A stretch of 14,589 bases of DNA from Candidatus Baldrarchaeum yapensis. Its GTDB lineage: Archaea; Asgardarchaeota; Baldrarchaeia; Baldrarchaeales; Baldrarchaeaceae. The stretch spans positions 1 to 14,589 of the forward strand of contig JAEOSH010000052.1 in assembly GCA_016840465.1 (NCBI GenBank), written 5' to 3'. This document shows positions 7,083 through 14,407 of the stretch, piece by piece. Each line of letters begins with the position of its first letter. Position 1 is the first letter of the stretch. A program made the position numbers and the translations under genes. The notes under the pieces were generated by a model. The model saw only the letters and a program-made list of their open reading frames with translations, was not told the DNA's origin and made no database searches.

Positions 7083-7994
7083 ATGATGGAAGGCGAAGTA
7101 CTAGGAACCCTGATGGCGATATTGGCATCGCTTTCGTGGGCGACCGCTGCAGTGCTTTACAGGAAAGCATTGATGAGGTTTTCAAATCCGCTCATCACAA
7201 ACGGGCTTCGCGTTCCACTTGCGATTCTGACTCTTTTGCTCATTGCGTTTGTAATGACCGGGGCAGAGCCCATCATATACCTTCTAACTCATACCGACGT
7301 GTTACTATTGGTGTTTGTTGCGACACTCATTGCAAACGTCGTTGGGGATACCTTGTACTTGGTTGCAATAAGGAATGTCGGAGTGTCAACGGGATATCCC
7401 CTCTCGTACACTTATCCTCTGATGGTTGCGGTGCTCGCCGCAGTTTTCCTCAGGGAACACATATACCTCTCACTGATTGCGGGGACGGCTATTGCCATTT
7501 TGGGGGTGTGGCTTCTCTCTCAAAAGCCAAGCGGTAACAATGAGAGCGAAATTGGGAGGTACAGTTTCGCGGCGGGAGTGGTCGCAGCACTGGGCGCATC
7601 TCTGTCCTGGTCCGTTGCAATTGTGGTACTGAAGGTTGTTGTGATGGGTGCGGATCCAATAGCCGCGGCAATCTTCAAACTTATCTTCATACTTGTGCTG
7701 GTATCGCCGGTGATGCTGGTTAAGCATGAAGAGGTAAGGAGAAACGTTGATAAGAGAACACTGATGTTCGCAATGGCCGGTGGAATCTTCGGTATAGGCG
7801 TAGGAGACTGGTTCCTTTATGTGAGCCTTAAGATGATAGGTGCGGCGAGAGCTGCCGCTCTCACAACTTCAGCGCCTCTTCTGTCATTGATTCTGGCGGT
7901 ATTGATACTTAAGGAGCGCGTCGTGGTGCGGCAGGTCTTCGGAACGGTTCTCGTGGTGACGGGTGTGCTGATGGTTGTCCTGAAACCGTTCTAA
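7083..7994 (+). CDS. EamA/DMT family transporter
   Basis: 303 aa, about 10 hydrophobic segments in two repeats. A..WA motif in both halves; GD.LY..AI...GVS..YP and GD.FLY.SL..IGAARA. Confidence 0.92.
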   Translation: MMEGEVLGTLMAILASLSWATAAVLYRKALMRFSNPLITNGLRVPLAILTLLLIAFVMTGAEPIIYLLTHTDVLLLVFVATLIANVVGDTLYLVAIRNVGVSTGYPLSYTYPLMVAVLAAVFLREHIYLSLIAGTAIAILGVWLLSQKPSGNNESEIGRYSFAAGVVAALGASLSWSVAIVVLKVVVMGADPIAAAIFKLIFILVLVSPVMLVKHEEVRRNVDKRTLMFAMAGGIFGIGVGDWFLYVSLKMIGAARAAALTTSAPLLSLILAVLILKERVVVRQVFGTVLVVTGVLMVVLKPF

Positions 7995-8022
7995 GCGGCT
8001 GTCATTTGGCAAAATTGATGGG

Positions 8023-8030
8023 TTTATATA
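8023..8030 (+). promoter_or_regulatory. Archaeal TATA box for the 8052 gene
   Basis: TTTATATA ends 21 nt before ATG 8052, with purine-rich caaaa upstream. The spacing fits a leaderless or very short-leader transcript. Confidence 0.65.
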
Positions 8031-8051
8031 TGATCCTGTGGAGAAACAAAA

Positions 8052-8795
8052 ATGGTGAATCTGATGCAGAATTTGAAGAAACAATTCTTGCAGTTGCTTG
8101 AGAAGGATAAAGAGTTTCGATACACTGTGGCTGGATATCTTGGAATCTCTGAGATGATGAAAAGATTTGACGCTACTCAGGAGGAAATTAAGAAGCTACG
8201 TGAAGATTTTAATACTATGCGAGCGGAAGTAACGCGAATATGGGAAGAAATGCGATTGCTTCGCGAAGAACAAAGAAGACTACGCGAAGATTTTAATAAA
8301 ATGCTCGAGGTGGTGAAGACTCTACAGGAGGATGTCAGAGTTCTTAAAGGGGATGTTGCAACTTTAAAAAATGGCCATAAGAGGTTAGAGAGGGAATTGA
8401 CTAAAGTATGGGTTGCTCTCACGAGAAGCTTTGAAATCATAAGGATGTTCGCAGGAAGAGCATACGAAAGTTTTGTGAGATCCGTAATGTCTGATTATCT
8501 CATAGCACGAGGGATCATGCCCGAAGGTGCGCGGTTAAGGAGAATTGTAATTGATGGCGAAGAGATAAATTTATTTCACGAGGACCCTCTGATTGTGGGT
8601 GAGGTTACCGCACGGGTGGAAGATGTAGGAGAATTGGACAAACTTATGCGCAAGGTGGAGGTTGCTAGGAAGAAGTACGGGCGTGAACCCTACAGGATAC
8701 TCGTAGCGCTGACCGCAACGAAGAGCATCGCGAAAGACTTACAGAGGAGGGCAAAGGAGTTGGGAGTAGAACTAATAGTTGGGAGATACATATGA
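8052..8795 (+). CDS. Coiled-coil protein with a C-terminal PD-(D/E)XK (restriction endonuclease-like) fold, DUF3782/COG5493-like
   Basis: N-terminal LLEKDKEFRYTVAGYLG signature, heptad region at aa 35-120, then YESFVR...DGEEINLFHEDPLIVGEVT and a C-terminal AKELGVELIVG. Alternative start ATG 8064 after GGTGA. Confidence 0.75.
   Translation: MVNLMQNLKKQFLQLLEKDKEFRYTVAGYLGISEMMKRFDATQEEIKKLREDFNTMRAEVTRIWEEMRLLREEQRRLREDFNKMLEVVKTLQEDVRVLKGDVATLKNGHKRLERELTKVWVALTRSFEIIRMFAGRAYESFVRSVMSDYLIARGIMPEGARLRRIVIDGEEINLFHEDPLIVGEVTARVEDVGELDKLMRKVEVARKKYGREPYRILVALTATKSIAKDLQRRAKELGVELIVGRYI
8196..8298 (+). repeat. Intragenic direct repeat, 18/19 nt identical, 84 nt apart
   Basis: ctacgtgaagattttaata (8196-8214) and ctacgcgaagattttaata (8280-8298); both encode LREDFN. 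Confidence 0.85.
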
Positions 8796-8834
8796 TAACT
8801 CCAAACAAGCCTCTTCAATTATAATTCTCCGTCA

Positions 8835-9314
8835 TCAATGTTTAATTTTCCTCCAGACGGCTTCAACGAGTTTCTTCACGTGTTGTAGCGCCCTTGCAAC
8901 ATCGTTTCTGTCTGCCTCGTTCTCATAAAAGTTCTTGTGCATAGAATCAGCTATTAACCATGAATCCCTTACCCAATCGCCTAGTTCTCCCGCAAGGATT
9001 GATTTGTACTGCCAAAGTTCAACATGCCTGGTGAGAACCTTCTTTTCTTTCCAGAATGCATAGGCCTTAACCGCGAGAGCTGCAGCGTTCCATATTTTCT
9101 CGCTGGCTTGTCTAAGATTTTCCCTTTTTAATTCGTTCTCCGCCCACTCAAGAAGTTCTCGAGCGGCTTCAATGTACTTTTCCGCCCTGCTTTCAGGATC
9201 TACTTCCTTAATGACAAGATCGGTGAGCATTTCCTCTATCGATCTTCCGTTCCTCTCAGCACGACGACGTAATTCTTCGAAAACAACCTTAGGAACAGAG
9301 ATGCCTAGCATCAT
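8835..9314 (-). CDS. PaREP1 family protein (RHH-like plus HEPN-like)
   Basis: ISVPKVVFEELRRRAE N-terminus, LRQASEKIWNAA, HVELW, GDWVRDSW and MHKNFYE. Confidence 0.92.
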   Translation of the reverse strand: MMLGISVPKVVFEELRRRAERNGRSIEEMLTDLVIKEVDPESRAEKYIEAARELLEWAENELKRENLRQASEKIWNAAALAVKAYAFWKEKKVLTRHVELWQYKSILAGELGDWVRDSWLIADSMHKNFYENEADRNDVARALQHVKKLVEAVWRKIKH

Positions 9315-9420
9315 TGATCCCTGTAGTAATTTTCCCGCTCGATACTATTAACTCCTTGCTTTGGAATTTCCTTAAGAAAATGCTTAGAGATTTTGAAATG
9401 AGTGGATTTCCATTAAATGC

Positions 9421-10578
9421 TCATATTGCTGTGAGTACTGTCCTCTTGACGAACTCCTTGACGAGCACAAGATCATCTATGTAAACGAATTCGTTGGGAC
9501 CGTGTATATTGTTATCCCCGCGAAGTGCGCCGAACTGAACCACCGGCATCCTATCAATGAGGTATGCTCCATCGGTTCCACCTAACTCGACAAGGATCTT
9601 CGGTTCTCTACCCAAAATGTCTCCTAGGATCCGTTTAAACGTCTCAATCACATGTTGATCCGTCGTAGCCCACGCGTCCATGAGAGGTCCTATCTTAATC
9701 TCCACGTCGATTCCATGCCTCTTAGCAAATTCCTCTATCCTGCGCTTGAGGTCCAAAGCCGCGTCCTTGGCTCTTTCCTCAGGAATGGTCCTCCTATCAA
9801 TGATGAGCGTGCATTCTCCAGGGATTACGTTCGGTGCGACACCTCCCCTTATCATGGTGACACTTACTCTTCCGGGAACCTTCTCGTAAAATTCGGGGGC
9901 ATCGTACTTTGAAACCACCGTTCTCTCCAGCTCCTTTCCAAATTCCTCAACAAATGAGACAACCTTTGCGGCGGCATATATCGCATTCTTCCCCTTAAAC
10001 GGATACGCCGAGTGCTCCTGTTTCCCCTTAACCGTCACCTCTAATCTAGCAACCCCTGATGCACCTATGAACAAACCCTCGGGTCCGCTGTCCAATACGA
10101 CCCCGATGTCCCCCGTTATGCTTCTGTAGAATTCCTCGGACTCTCCTGTCTCCTCCCCTCCCGAGACTATCAGCACCGGGAAGATCTTCGGTTCCAAACC
10201 CTCGTCGATGACCTCCTTGAACGCCGTCAACGCAGCCGCAATTCCGGACTTGTCATCAGATGCCCCCCTTCCGTAAACCTTTCCCTCCTTGATGATCGGT
10301 GTGAAGGGATCGATGGTCCAGCCCTCCCCTGGAGGAACTACGTCATAATGTGTGAGAAATATCACCTTCTTGCCCTCTCGAGGAGCGTTAGGCAGAGTTA
10401 TCTTCAGATGCGGGAGCCCCCTTCGGTCCACCACTCTTTCGGTAACACATCCTATGCGTTTAGCCTCCTCCTCGACGACCTTCACAATCTCATCGAAGTT
10501 TTTGTGCTCATGGGATGTCGTGTCGATCGACACGAGTTTTTTGAGGAGTTCCACCATATATTCTACCGACAAGGGCAT
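9421..10578 (-). CDS. M20 family metallopeptidase/amidohydrolase (ArgE/DapE-like)
   Basis: Metal ligands THYD, GRGASDDK, GGEETG, VLD and IHGPNE; dimerisation domain GKQEHSA...GGVAPNVIP. Start uncertain: GTG 10581, ATG 10578, or TTG 10572 after AGGTGA. Confidence 0.92.
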   Translation of the reverse strand: MPLSVEYMVELLKKLVSIDTTSHEHKNFDEIVKVVEEEAKRIGCVTERVVDRRGLPHLKITLPNAPREGKKVIFLTHYDVVPPGEGWTIDPFTPIIKEGKVYGRGASDDKSGIAAALTAFKEVIDEGLEPKIFPVLIVSGGEETGESEEFYRSITGDIGVVLDSGPEGLFIGASGVARLEVTVKGKQEHSAYPFKGKNAIYAAAKVVSFVEEFGKELERTVVSKYDAPEFYEKVPGRVSVTMIRGGVAPNVIPGECTLIIDRRTIPEERAKDAALDLKRRIEEFAKRHGIDVEIKIGPLMDAWATTDQHVIETFKRILGDILGREPKILVELGGTDGAYLIDRMPVVQFGALRGDNNIHGPNEFVYIDDLVLVKEFVKRTVLTAI

Positions 10579-10757
10579 CACCTAATAGTTTATTGAAACC
10601 ACAAACGCTGGAAGCCTTTAACAAATATTTCGGATAATAACCGTATTTTTACAGGTTTCTAAATCCGCGATAAATAACGCTAATCCCCGCATTTTCGATG
10701 CTCTGACAAGCATCCTTCGGCAATGTCTGAGAAGCTAGAGGATGATCGGCCATAATG

Positions 10758-10765
10758 TTTTATAG
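10758..10765 (+). promoter_or_regulatory. TATA box of the AbrB antitoxin gene
   Basis: TTTTATAG about 33 nt upstream of the start, followed by a GGTGA SD at 10788-10792. Confidence 0.55.
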
Positions 10766-10798
10766 CGGGCATTGGAAGAACATACCTGGTGATATTTG

Positions 10799-11047
10799 GT
10801 GAAGGTCGTTGGGAAAATCGGGCGGAAATTCACGCTTTATCCCCCTAGGGAGTTCATGAGGAAACTTGGGCTTAAGGAGGGGGATACTGTAGTTTATACG
10901 ATCAAGGATGGAAAACTCGTAGTGGAACCTGTGGAAAATCCCTTTAAGTACGCCTTAAGGGTAAAGAAATGGGCGAAAATAAAAGCCAAAGAACTGGAGG
11001 AGTTTTCTGAGAAAATGCAAATGGAGTTAATTGGAGGAAGAGAGTAA
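10799..11047 (+). CDS. AbrB/MazE/SpoVT-family DNA-binding protein, VapB-type antitoxin
   Basis: KIGRKFTLYPPREFMRKLGLKEGDTVVYTIKDGKLVVEP swapped-hairpin signature. GTG 10799 lies 6 nt after GGTGA (alternative TTG 10796). Confidence 0.88.
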   Translation: MKVVGKIGRKFTLYPPREFMRKLGLKEGDTVVYTIKDGKLVVEPVENPFKYALRVKKWAKIKAKELEEFSEKMQMELIGGRE

Positions 11048-11193
11048 TTCTTGATGCAACATGCCTCCTTCTGATTTTAAGAAAGAGTATGTATTCGATA
11101 GAAACATTCGTTAGTGCAACGAAAACTAAGGAAAGTATTTCAGGACGTTTAAAGGAACTAACAGCATCTACTACTGAGGGCTACCCGAACTAA
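11031..11193 (+). pseudogene. vapC: Remnant of a vapC (PIN-domain) toxin gene
   Basis: The frame reading RKRVILDATCLLLIL overlaps the antitoxin stop, as a PIN N-terminal (V/I)LD motif would. It has no in-frame start codon and stops at 11191-11193 after about 50 codons. Confidence 0.65.
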
Positions 11194-11214
11194 CCAGTTA
11201 TACTAAAAAACTTG

Positions 11215-11220
11215 TTTAAG
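11215..11220 (+). promoter_or_regulatory. Possible TATA box for the UPF0282 gene
   Basis: TTTAAG preceded by an A-run, 33 nt before TTG 11254; GAGGGGG SD at 11240-11246. Confidence 0.4.
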
Positions 11221-11253
11221 GCGATCACATTAACTAAATGAGGGGGCTCCGAT

Positions 11254-12408
11254 TTGCGAAAGATGAACGTTAAGATCGTGTGGTTCGATAGCATGGGGGC
11301 CAAGAGCAGTTGTATATTCGTCGAGACCCCTGATGTCAAGGTACTTGTGGATCCGGGGGCCGCAGAACTGCAACCCAAATTTCCCCTACCCGATGAACTC
11401 AAGGCCTACTTTAACCGCAGGGCGCACGAGGAGATAGAGCGCGCAGCATCGAATGCCGATATTGTCATTATAACTCATTATCATTATGACCATCATACTC
11501 TTCCATCCAACAGTATGGTCAACGCTGATGTTCTTTACGGGGGAAAACTCATCCTCGCGAAAAATCCGAATGTTTACATAAATGGGTCGCAATGGGATCG
11601 TGCAAGACTGTTCTTTAGGGAAATATTCGAGAGGTTCGGTGACAGGAGCCTGAAGGATGAAATGATCGAGCCTGAGGAGATGGAGTTCCCGGATCCCATG
11701 GAGAGCCTCCCGCTTGCATCCAGCAGAGACTATGGCGATTACAGCGCGCGTAAGAGGGAGTTACTCGAGAAGGGAAGAAAGTGGTTCCAAAAGTTGTGCG
11801 AAACATGGAAATCGGAGAAATGGGTTCCGGAGGTCAAGTTTCAGAACCTCGAAGTAAAGTTCGCAGATGGAAAGGAGTTCAGGTTCGGGGATACGATTAT
11901 TAGGTTTTCGAATCCAATGTTTCACGGAATGGAGTTTGACAGACTGGGTTGGGTTCTCGCAGTCGTGATAGAGCACGCGGGGGAGAAGTTGCTCTATACG
12001 TCTGATCTTCAGGGTCCGGTGATAGAGGACTACGCCGCCTGGATAATTGACGAGAGGCCGGACCTTCTCATCGTCGACGGACCTCCAACGTACCTCTTCG
12101 GGTACATGCTGAACAGGATAAACCTAGGGAGGGCGGTGGAAAACATGTGCCGGATAATAAGGGAATCCAATGCAGAACTCATAATTTATGATCACCATCT
12201 GCTGAGAGATGCGAAGTACAGGGAAAGAGTCGGTGAAGTGTATGAAGTTGCAAGGAAAGAGGAGAAGAAAGTGTTAACGGCGGCGGAATTGTTGGGGGAG
12301 GAACCTATTGCCGATAGAGCACTGAAGTGGAAAGAAGATGAAGAGTCCCTCAAAAGATATATGCATGAGATCGGGTTGAGTTCTGACAACGATAAAACTC
12401 GTCAGTGA
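11254..12408 (+). CDS. Metallo-beta-lactamase-fold hydrolase, UPF0282/COG2248 family
   Basis: DSMGAKS, VDPG, THYHYDHH (HxHxDH), PMFHG...RLGWV, SDLQGP, DGPPTY and DHHLLRD. TTG start 7 nt after GAGGGGG. Confidence 0.9.
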   Translation: MRKMNVKIVWFDSMGAKSSCIFVETPDVKVLVDPGAAELQPKFPLPDELKAYFNRRAHEEIERAASNADIVIITHYHYDHHTLPSNSMVNADVLYGGKLILAKNPNVYINGSQWDRARLFFREIFERFGDRSLKDEMIEPEEMEFPDPMESLPLASSRDYGDYSARKRELLEKGRKWFQKLCETWKSEKWVPEVKFQNLEVKFADGKEFRFGDTIIRFSNPMFHGMEFDRLGWVLAVVIEHAGEKLLYTSDLQGPVIEDYAAWIIDERPDLLIVDGPPTYLFGYMLNRINLGRAVENMCRIIRESNAELIIYDHHLLRDAKYRERVGEVYEVARKEEKKVLTAAELLGEEPIADRALKWKEDEESLKRYMHEIGLSSDNDKTRQ

Positions 12409-13682
12409 GGAGTTTCTCCGAAGGGATTTCCGTAGTTCAGGATGTTCTCAAGGATCTGCTTATGTCTCGGAACCGCGTATCCGTTGCGCTGAAGCCGCTT
12501 CCTCAGCTTCTCTATCATACCCGGGATGTCCAGTTCGAGGGGACAAGCGAGTGTACATTTCCCACAGAGTGTACATGCAAAGGCGGGTCCCGCGCATTTT
12601 TCAAGCCCCTCAGTGAATGCTGTGAGAATAATGCCGATACCTCCAACGTACCTGTAGCCGTAGGTTCCACCGATGGTTCTGTAAACGGGGCAAACGTTAA
12701 GACAGGATCCGCACCGCACACACATCAACGCATCCCTAAAATCGGGGTCCCGCAACATTTTCGTCCTACCGTTATCTAAGAGTACCAGATGTACCTCCTT
12801 GGGACCGTGCACACCGATTGTTAGGACGAACTCCACATCTCCGGTTCTGCTGGGGCCAGTGATGAGCGAAATGTAACTCGGCATCAATTGACCCGTAGCG
12901 AATACGGGTATAAGGCGAGAGACGATGAACGCATCCTCCACGGTTGGGTTCAACTTCTCTATTCCCGCAATGCATATGTGCACTGGGGGAGCGTTCGTTA
13001 CGAACCCTCCATTTCCCTCATTTGTTATCAAAAATATTGTTCCGGTGTCGGCGGCGATTGCGTTTGTGCCTGAAATTCCGATATCCGCCTTAAAGAACTT
13101 CTCCCTGAGAACCCTTCTCGCTGCCATTGTTATTGCTGGAATTTCAGGCGGTACGTCCTCCCCCAAGATGCTAGAAAACATATCTGCAATCCTCTTCCTC
13201 GGAATGTGTATCGCTGGCGCAACCAGATGTGAAGGCTTCTCCTTAAGCTGCTGTATTATGAATTCTCCCAGATCGGTCTCCACAACCTCTATACCGCGCG
13301 ATTCTAACACGTTGTTGAGATCTATTTCCTCGGTCGTCATGGATTTGGACTTCACAACAAGTTTTGCGTCGTGTTCCTCGCATATCTTCAAAACGATACC
13401 ATTTGCCTCATCTTTATCCCTTGCAAAGTGAAATGCTCCACCCGCGAATTCTACACTTTCCTTCACCATCTTTATTAACTCATCAACCCTCTCAATCGCC
13501 TCTCTTCGTATCTCTCTAAGTTTCTCTACTAACTCCTTAAACCGTTTAATCCTCGATGTTGCCTCCTTCCTTGCCGCGAAAAATCTATCCGTGGCATCCC
13601 TTATGACCTTCATCGCCTCAACATTTCTTAACGCTCTATCAAGTAGCGCAATGTACTCCTCATACCATACGCAAGTTTTCAC
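12402..13682 (-). CDS. lutB: LutB/LldF-type lactate utilisation protein (LUD domain plus two 4Fe-4S clusters)
   Basis: KSKSMTTEEI, ETDLGEFIIQ, PSHLVAPAIH, NEGNG, ITGPSRTGD, CVRCGSCLNVCP and CTLCGKCTLACP. The GTG start overlaps the upstream TGA (GTGA) and follows GGGGGA. Confidence 0.92.
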   Translation of the reverse strand: MKTCVWYEEYIALLDRALRNVEAMKVIRDATDRFFAARKEATSRIKRFKELVEKLREIRREAIERVDELIKMVKESVEFAGGAFHFARDKDEANGIVLKICEEHDAKLVVKSKSMTTEEIDLNNVLESRGIEVVETDLGEFIIQQLKEKPSHLVAPAIHIPRKRIADMFSSILGEDVPPEIPAITMAARRVLREKFFKADIGISGTNAIAADTGTIFLITNEGNGGFVTNAPPVHICIAGIEKLNPTVEDAFIVSRLIPVFATGQLMPSYISLITGPSRTGDVEFVLTIGVHGPKEVHLVLLDNGRTKMLRDPDFRDALMCVRCGSCLNVCPVYRTIGGTYGYRYVGGIGIILTAFTEGLEKCAGPAFACTLCGKCTLACPLELDIPGMIEKLRKRLQRNGYAVPRHKQILENILNYGNPFGETPH

Positions 13683-14407
13683 GTATAGTCCCCCATCAGA
13701 CCTCCTATGAACTCCACCAAATCCATTACCTTAATCGGTGCGTTCATCCGCTCGCATGCCCTTCGCAAATTGTATACGCAGAAGGGGCACGCGGTGATGA
13801 GGTACTCCGCCCCCGTTCCAATAGCTTCCGTTATCCTTGCCTCGGCAATCTTAAGCGCGAGGTCCCCGTATGCGCTCATGACCCCGCCACCTGCACCACA
13901 ACAGTTTGCCTCACTCCGTGTGTACTTCATTTCCAAGATGCTGACCCCCATGCGTCTCAAAACTTCTCTGGGTTCGTCAAACACGCCCATGTGCCTACCT
14001 AGGTGGCATGGATCATGATATGTGACTTTAATGCCCCTTGCTTCGGGTAGTTGTAAGCCATCTTCCATTACGAGTTCCATCAAAAGTTGAGAAATGTGCA
14101 TGACGCGGAGCGGTGTTTCAACTTCAAAGAACTCGGAATAGTCTTTAGCAAATGTTCGGAAACAGCCGGCACATGAAGTTGCTAAGACGTCCACGTGATA
14201 GCGGGAAATGTCATCAATTATTTTCTTGCATAGTTCCCTTGTCTCATCTGCCAATCCTATACGGAGAAGAACAGAACAGCAACATTTCTCGTCCTTCATT
14301 GTTAAAACTTCCACCTTCGATCGTTTTAGAATCTTGATAGTGTTGTCAGCAATTGACGGAACTCTATATCTTGCCATACAACCCCGCCAATAGAGAACCC
14401 TTCTCAT
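13679..14407 (-). CDS. CCG-domain Fe-S protein (LutA/HdrD/GlpC-like), partner of LutB
   Basis: YWRGC, EKCCCS, TSCAGC, YHDPCHLGRH, NCCGAGGG and TACPFC. ATG 14407 lies 6 nt after GGGTG; the ORF track begins at GTG 14416. Confidence 0.9.
   Translation of the reverse strand: MRRVLYWRGCMARYRVPSIADNTIKILKRSKVEVLTMKDEKCCCSVLLRIGLADETRELCKKIIDDISRYHVDVLATSCAGCFRTFAKDYSEFFEVETPLRVMHISQLLMELVMEDGLQLPEARGIKVTYHDPCHLGRHMGVFDEPREVLRRMGVSILEMKYTRSEANCCGAGGGVMSAYGDLALKIAEARITEAIGTGAEYLITACPFCVYNLRRACERMNAPIKVMDLVEFIGGLMGDYT

Noticed and set aside
7043-7537. 164-aa plus-strand ORF overlapping the EamA gene in another frame
   Set aside because: No recognisable motif and low-complexity Ser/Arg/Cys composition; the overlapping frame is a clear EamA gene.
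8817-8826. Perfect palindrome aattataatt between convergent genes
   Set aside because: A short AT-only palindrome in an AT-rich terminator zone, expected by chance.
4820-11119. 11-bp direct repeat cgttagtgcaa at 4820-4830 and 11109-11119, bracketing the accessory-rich region (possible att site or target duplication)
   Set aside because: About 25 exact 11-mer pairs are expected by chance in 14.6 kb (about 1e8 pairs / 4^11). There is no integrase or tRNA, and the interval includes ordinary metabolic genes.
12405-13431. Plus-strand ORFs 12405-12779, 12772-12975, 12888-13073 and 12925-13431
   Set aside because: Antisense shadows of lutB, with no motifs or credible translation signals.
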